DNA of 64,000 bases from positions 77,500,001 through 77,564,000 of the forward strand of contig OX597817.1 in the NCBI GenBank assembly GCA_951406725.2. Direction: 5' to 3'. This stretch comes from Octopus vulgaris. Lineage: Eukaryota. Of the stretch, positions 56,680-64,000 are shown piece after piece (position 1 is the stretch's first letter; every line of letters starts with the position of its first letter). Under the pieces are notes generated by a model. That model made no database searches and was not told where the DNA came from. It saw only the letters and a program-made list of their open reading frames with translations. Both the position numbers and the translations under genes were made by a program.

Positions 56680-57185
56680 AGAGGCGCAATGGCCTAGTGG
56701 TTAGGGCAGCGGACTCGCGGTCGGAGGATCGCGGTTTCAATTCCCAGACCGGGCATTGTGAGTGTTTATTGAGCGAAAACACCTATAGCTCCATGAGGCT
56801 CTGGTAGGGGTGGTGGTGAACCATGCTGTACTCTTTCACCACAACTTTCTCTCACTCTTTCTTCCTGTTTCTGTTGTATCTGTATTTCAAAGGGCCAGCC
56901 TTGTAACACTCTGTGTCACGCTGAATCTTCCCGAGAACTACGGTAAGGGTACATGTGTCTGTGAAATGCTCGGCCACTTGCACGTTAATAAATGAGCTGC
57001 GACGTCACTGGTGCCAAGCTGTATCGGCCTTTGCCTTTCCCTTGGATAACATCGGTGGCGCGGAGAGGGGAGGCTGGTATGCGTGGGCGACTGCTGATCT
57101 TCCATAAACAACCTTGCCCAGACTTGTGCCTCGGAGGGTAACTTTCTAGGTGCAATCCCATGGTCATTCATGACCGAAGCGGGTC
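56680..57185 (+). mobile_element. SINE with head C, a distinct middle domain and tail E, inserted into a SINE-B
   Basis: Head as at 58 and tail as at 39892. Flanked by ATATCTTG(T/C)GGT. The SINE-B body continues at 57205-57372. Confidence 0.85.
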
Positions 57186-57420
57186 ACAGATATCTTGCGG
57201 TATATATTCTGGTCCTTTACGTTCTGAGTTCAAATCTCGCCAAAGTCAACTTTGCTTTTCATACATCCGGCATCGAGAAATTCAAGAACCAATCAAATAT
57301 CTGGGTCAATGGTATTGATCAATTATCCCTCACTTCAAAATTGCTAAACTTAGGCCTAAATCAAAAGCCATTATTACGGTATACTATGACGAGGATGAAG
57401 TCGGTGTTAGTCACGACGAC

Positions 57421-57464
<44 letters not shown>

Positions 57465-58030
57465 CCCCAATGAAACGATAGTACGAAAGAAAATAGCATA
57501 ATATCCAACTGTAAAGTTTCTTGGCGGGATTCTTTCAGTTTCCGTCTACGAAATCCACTCAACAAAGCTTTGGTCGGCCTGAGGCTGTAGTAGAAGACAC
57601 CCGACAAAGGTGCCATGCAGTGCAACTGAACCCGCAACCATATGATTGAGAAACAAACTTCTTACCACACAGCCACACCTACGCCAGCTGGAAAATATAA
57701 AATAATCATAAACTGTTGAGCCACAAGCAGATCCTTCTCGTTCGTCGGATAGCAGTCATTATAATTAATTATCGATATCGTCCGAAGTTCAGAAAAAAAC
57801 CCCAGATATTCAGAGTAATGTTTATGCGTTTTATGAACTTTACAAGTTCTAATAGATATTCTCTTTGTTCACACACACACACATATAAATTATTAAATAG
57901 TGCAATACAGCAGTGCTGGTTCCCAGTTAAATCATCGGGTTCAAATATAAATATAGGATAGTGCACAACAATGTACCAATATTTACTGGAAATAGCAGTC
58001 AATAATATACGACGCTATAATAAAGCTTCA

Positions 58031-58096
<66 letters not shown>

Positions 58097-58262
58097 CACA
58101 CAGGCAAAAATGTTTGCGGGCGGCGAACCTAAAAAAATTTCATCTTTCCTGTAAGAAGAACATTAAATAAATGTATAACTCAGATGAGGTTAATCGAGGA
58201 CCTAGATTTCGAATATTATCAACTGCTATTTCCAATAAATTTTAGTGCATTGCTGTCCCACT

Positions 58263-58328
<66 letters not shown>

Positions 58329-58329
58329 A

Positions 58330-58374
<45 letters not shown>

Positions 58375-59213
58375 AAATAATAAAAGTCTCTTTAATAATG
58401 ATTTACACTCCTCGAAAGGAAATGGTACATAAATTTTTGTACACATTTTCATTTGCAATTGCTTTTGTTGACTTTTCCTTATATATTTTTCTTCTTTTCC
58501 ATTTCTTTTCAGATGTCGTCTGCCTTTCAGTCATTGTGTTTTCTCTTTCTTCTTCCTTCCTGCCTGCTTTTCTTTTTTCTTTCTTTCTTTCTTTTTTTTT
58601 TTTTTTTTGTAACGTTATTCTTGTCTACTATGAGCAGTAAAATCTACAAATTTAATCATGACCGTGAATTAATTAATTATTTTATAATCAACTTATTTCC
58701 ATCAGGATAAGCGACAGTCATTGCCCAACTTATGCAAGGCTCTTCATAACTCGTCGAGCAAACAATTTTCGTTGTTGTTGTTACTGCTATCTAACCATAA
58801 ATCAACCCTGAAGAATAAATAACATATGACCAAAGAAACTCCAGCCAGGACCATACCGGCCAGTTTTTATTTCCAAACTTTATATGTGAGCTGATGTGAG
58901 TCAGAGTTTTTTAAAGCAATTGCGTAATCCGAAAGGTAGTTCAATGGCTACTTCTTACTTTTAGAAAGTTTAATGTGCGTGTACACATACAATCACACAC
59001 ATCATAGTTGTGTGTCACGTGCTTTCGAGTCAAGTCCCATTGCGCCGCACCCTGGGCAAATCTCTTTTACTATAGTCCCGAGCCGACTAATGCCTGGTGA
59101 GTGAGTTTGACTGACGGAAACTGTGGAGAAGCCCACAGAAATAATGAAAATCTAAATAAAAATATAAATACCATATCGACCGATATACTGAGGAGTCCGC
59201 AATAGGTGAACCA

Positions 59214-59267
<54 letters not shown>

Positions 59268-59874
59268 AGCTTGCTTCCGACCACATGGTTCCGGGTTCAG
59301 TCCCACAACGTGACACCTTGGACAAGTGTCCTCTACTATAGTCTCAGGTCGACCAAAGCCTTGTGAGTGGATTTGGTAGAGAGTAACTGAAGGAAGCTCG
59401 TCGTGTATATGTGTGTGTGTGTGTAAATATATGTATGTATATATGTATGTGTCTTTGTATTTGTGCATGTCCCCCTATCCACCCACTACCGTTGGACAAC
59501 GGGTGTTTTTCTCTTTTCTTTTTGCAGCATTGTAAATTAGTGGCTTGGCGAAAGAAACCGACAAGATAACTACCACACATAAAAGAAGAAAAATAGAATG
59601 TGGGATCGATTTGTTTGACTAAATTCTTCAAGGCGACGTCCCAGCTTGGCTGCAGTCCTACGACTAGAATAGGTGAAAGATAAAAGATATATATGATATA
59701 CAGAGAAAGTGATAGATAGATAGAAAGAAAGATAGATAAACAGATAGACAGACAGACAGATAGATAGATAGATAGACACAGACAGACAGAGAGACAGATA
59801 GATAGATAGATATATAGATAGACAGATAGATAGATATATATATAGATAGACAGACAGACAGCTTCATAAGTAGG

Positions 59875-59930
<56 letters not shown>

Positions 59931-60335
59931 AAGATAGATAGATAAACAATATTCAGACAGGCGCAGGCGTGGCTGTGTGGTAAGAAGCTTGCTTCCCAAC
60001 CATATGGTTCCAGGTTCAACTTGGGCAAGTGTCTTCTATAACAGTCTCGGTCCGATCAAAGCCTTGTGAGTGGATTTGGTAGACGGAAACTGAAAGAAGC
60101 CCGTCGTATATATGTGTGTATGTGTGTGTCTTTGTTCTCCCACCCATCACCGCTTGACAACCGGTGTTAGCATGTTTACGTCCTGGTAACCTAGCGGTTC
60201 GGCAAAATAGTCCAATAGAACAAGTACCAGGCTTTAAAAAAAAAATGTCCAGGGATCGATTTGCTCGACTAAAACCCTTCAAGGTGGTTCTCCAGCATGG
60301 CCGCAGTCAAATGATTAAGACAAGTAAAAGAGTAA
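59268..60335 (+). mobile_element. Two SINE-A copies (59268-59690 and 59958-60335)
   Basis: Family match, separated by (GATA/GACA)n. Confidence 0.85.
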
Positions 60336-60389
60336 AAGCATACATTCATGTATACTACATGTACACACACATGCTTCTATATATCTATC

Positions 60390-60445
<56 letters not shown>

Positions 60446-60476
60446 CATATACATACATATATACATATAAATATAA

Positions 60477-60567
<91 letters not shown>

Positions 60568-60586
60568 CATATACATATATATATAC

Positions 60587-60642
<56 letters not shown>

Positions 60643-61051
60643 GCATACAAACTTATTTGCATATATGTCTACATGTAAATACACATAAGTGTACATATTA
60701 GTTTACAGACACACATTTGTGCCCGTGTGTATTCTTGGTTAACTATGGAACTAAATAAGCGTCAACTTCTCAAACTAATTTCGGAACAATGAAGCCCTAC
60801 ATACAATCTATTTACGTATTGACGTCTACCTCTCCTGTTTGTGCCCTTTAAACCTACCATATAAAATGTATGTGCGTGTGTGTATGTTATGTATACATAC
60901 GCACACACATACACGTATATATATACTAAGATCCATTTTCGCTCCCAAATACCCGTAGAATCGACCGACAGAAAACAAAACAAAAATTGTTAAAAAATAC
61001 CGAAAACGGAATAATAGAAAATAATTTGAAGCTCAACCAACTACTCTCTCG

Positions 61052-61082
<31 letters not shown>

Positions 61083-61088
61083 TCTGTC

Positions 61089-61143
<55 letters not shown>

Positions 61144-61144
61144 T

Positions 61145-61225
<81 letters not shown>

Positions 61226-61449
61226 CAATAAGAAAATGGAGGGGATCAATATTCATCAACTTTTAGACATTATATTATCTCAATTTATTTATTTATTCAC
61301 TAAAATGACAATTACAACAATATACATACATGTATAACATATGCTTTACGTATATAATATATCACTACCATTATATATATTTATCACACTGTAATACAAT
61401 AGATATCAACATGAAGATCAATAACCATTATTATTTTTGCTACTGTTGT

Positions 61450-61945
61450 CGGCGAGTTGGCAGAATCGTTAGAGCGCCGGGCCAAATGCTTAGTGGCATT
61501 TCGTCCGTCTTTACGTTCTGAGTTCAAATTTCGCCGAGGTCGACTTTGCTTTTTATCCTTTCAGGGTCGATAAATTAAGTATAAATGAAACACTGGGGTC
61601 GATGTAGTCGACTAGTCCTTTAACCCCAAATTTCAGACTGGGATCGATGTAATCGACTAGTCCTTTAACCCCAAATTTCGGACCTGGTGCCAAAATTTGA
61701 AACCATAATTATTATCATTATAGTCGGTGTGCTGGCAGAATCGTTAGCGGACGGAAATATTGCTTAGCGGCATTTCGTCCGTCTTTATGTTCGGAGTTCA
61801 AATACCGTCGAGGTCGACTTTGCTTCTCATCGTTTCGGGTTAGATAAAATATGCACCAGTTTGTACTCCGGGGTCGATGTAATCAACGAGCCCTTTCCTC
61901 CCACTAAATTTAAGGCTTTATTCCTTTAGGAGAAAGGATTATTAT
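61450..61945 (+). mobile_element. Two tandem SINE-B copies; the first has an internal ~45-bp duplication
   Basis: CTGGG.TCGATGTA.TCGACTAGTCCTTTAACCCCAAATTTC occurs twice at about 61593-61680. Confidence 0.85.
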
Positions 61946-62216
61946 TGTGGGCGATATCATTACTCGTCAGCGAATGAATGGAGGAAGAGTTCTCCGCCCG
62001 TTCTGTCACGGATCGTTGCACTAATTTGCTTTTATACACTCAACTTATATACAGACTTTAAAAATGAACAATTAGCGAATATCTTAATGAGGTAATTTGC
62101 GTGAGAAGGTTATTTATCAACCTTAAAAACCCATTGAGTTCTAATTATGTAACGCGTTAATGGTTCTACTCGTGAAGACACGCAAGCCTACACACTCAAA
62201 CACACGCGCACGCACG

Positions 62217-62255
<39 letters not shown>

Positions 62256-62690
62256 GTACGCATATATTCAAATGCTGATTCAAAATGCGGACACGCGCAT
62301 AAACACACATTAACATGCAGGCGTATTTTGTAATATGATGATTGGTGAAACACGCTGCACGGACGCATGCACGCACGCGTACACACAAGCATGCATAAAC
62401 ACGCGCGTGCACGCACACATCCACATCCACACACACACAAGTATATATATGTACATATATTACATTTTTGCACGTTTGTGTACGCGTATGTATGTGTGTG
62501 TGTGTATGAGTGTGTTTTATGTTAGAATGGACATAATGAATGGTATGTATGCATGTATGTATGTATGTATGTATGTATGTATGTATGTATGTATGTATGT
62601 ATGTATGTATGTATGTATGCATGTATGTATGTATGTATGTGTGCGTGCGTGTACGTTTGTATTCATGTACGATGTATGCATATATGCATG

Positions 62691-62721
<31 letters not shown>

Positions 62722-62872
62722 GTATGTATGTAGAGATGTATATAAGCACGCATGTGTGTATGTATTTATGTATGTATACATGTATCTGAGACGAAGGCGA
62801 ACAAAGTGAGACTTCGATATCACTGTCAATCATTTTCCTACTAAAAGCTTAATAAACATGCACTCTACTAAA

Positions 62873-63310
<438 letters not shown>

Positions 63311-63858
63311 TAAATATACACATATATATATAAACAGATCGATAGATACATACATACAGACAAACAGCACCTACAGACGAATAACATGTGTGTGTGCGTG
63401 TGCTTGTGTGTATATGTATACGTGTGTCAGTATCTAAGTGTGTCTCGTGTCTCATAAAGCAATCAGGGTTTTCCTTAATGTTTTAACTTTAAGAATTATT
63501 TTATGGGACACTAATATATTTATGTATGTATATATGTATATTGTAAGGATATTTTCGACGATAACTGACGAGGAATGAGTAACGTTCTGTCTCTTGTGTG
63601 ATTTATTTCGTTTGTTCATTTGCTGTGTTTCAGTTTAAATTTTGGAACTTATATAAATATATGCGCGTGTGTGTGTGTATGTGTGTGTGTGTGTTTGTAC
63701 ATGTATTCTGACATATATACTTACATACACAACGTGCATATATATCTGAACAGACTGACTGACAGATAGATGGACAGATAGATGTATATATAGATATATA
63801 TATATATATATATATATATGTTAATAAAATATATGCAAATATATAAACATATATGTAC

Positions 63859-63957
<99 letters not shown>

Positions 63958-64000
63958 CACGAAGATTCAAACGTGCACACATACTCAGATATTGGTCTCA

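Overview
Eukaryotic, AT-rich DNA dominated by microsatellites ((TA)n, (CA)n, (TATG)n, (TAGA)n, (GA)n, (ATT)n). The repeat families and microsatellite density point to a cephalopod, probably Octopus; this is inference from recognised repeat types. I found no intact host protein-coding gene, and nearly all track ORFs are translated microsatellite or SINE sequence. Dozens of tRNA-derived SINEs are present, built from several head/body/tail modules. DNA transposon remains include mariner fragments, a deleted DD37D (maT-type) element, a hAT MITE with an 8-bp TSD and a Helitron-like end. There are also two LINE 3' fragments. Two promoter-like islands lie at about 4.55-4.88 kb and 44.2-44.65 kb. The most notable observations are: (1) short elements embedded in microsatellites that carry hammerhead-ribozyme-like cores, one of which folds nearly completely (51748-51782, minus strand); (2) the 10-mer TGTCGTCTGC, seen six times in non-homologous unique DNA and always on the + strand; (3) several hairpins, including a perfect palindrome with 32-bp arms; (4) a purine/pyrimidine strand switch centred on one motif copy. 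All coordinates and alignments were read by eye.
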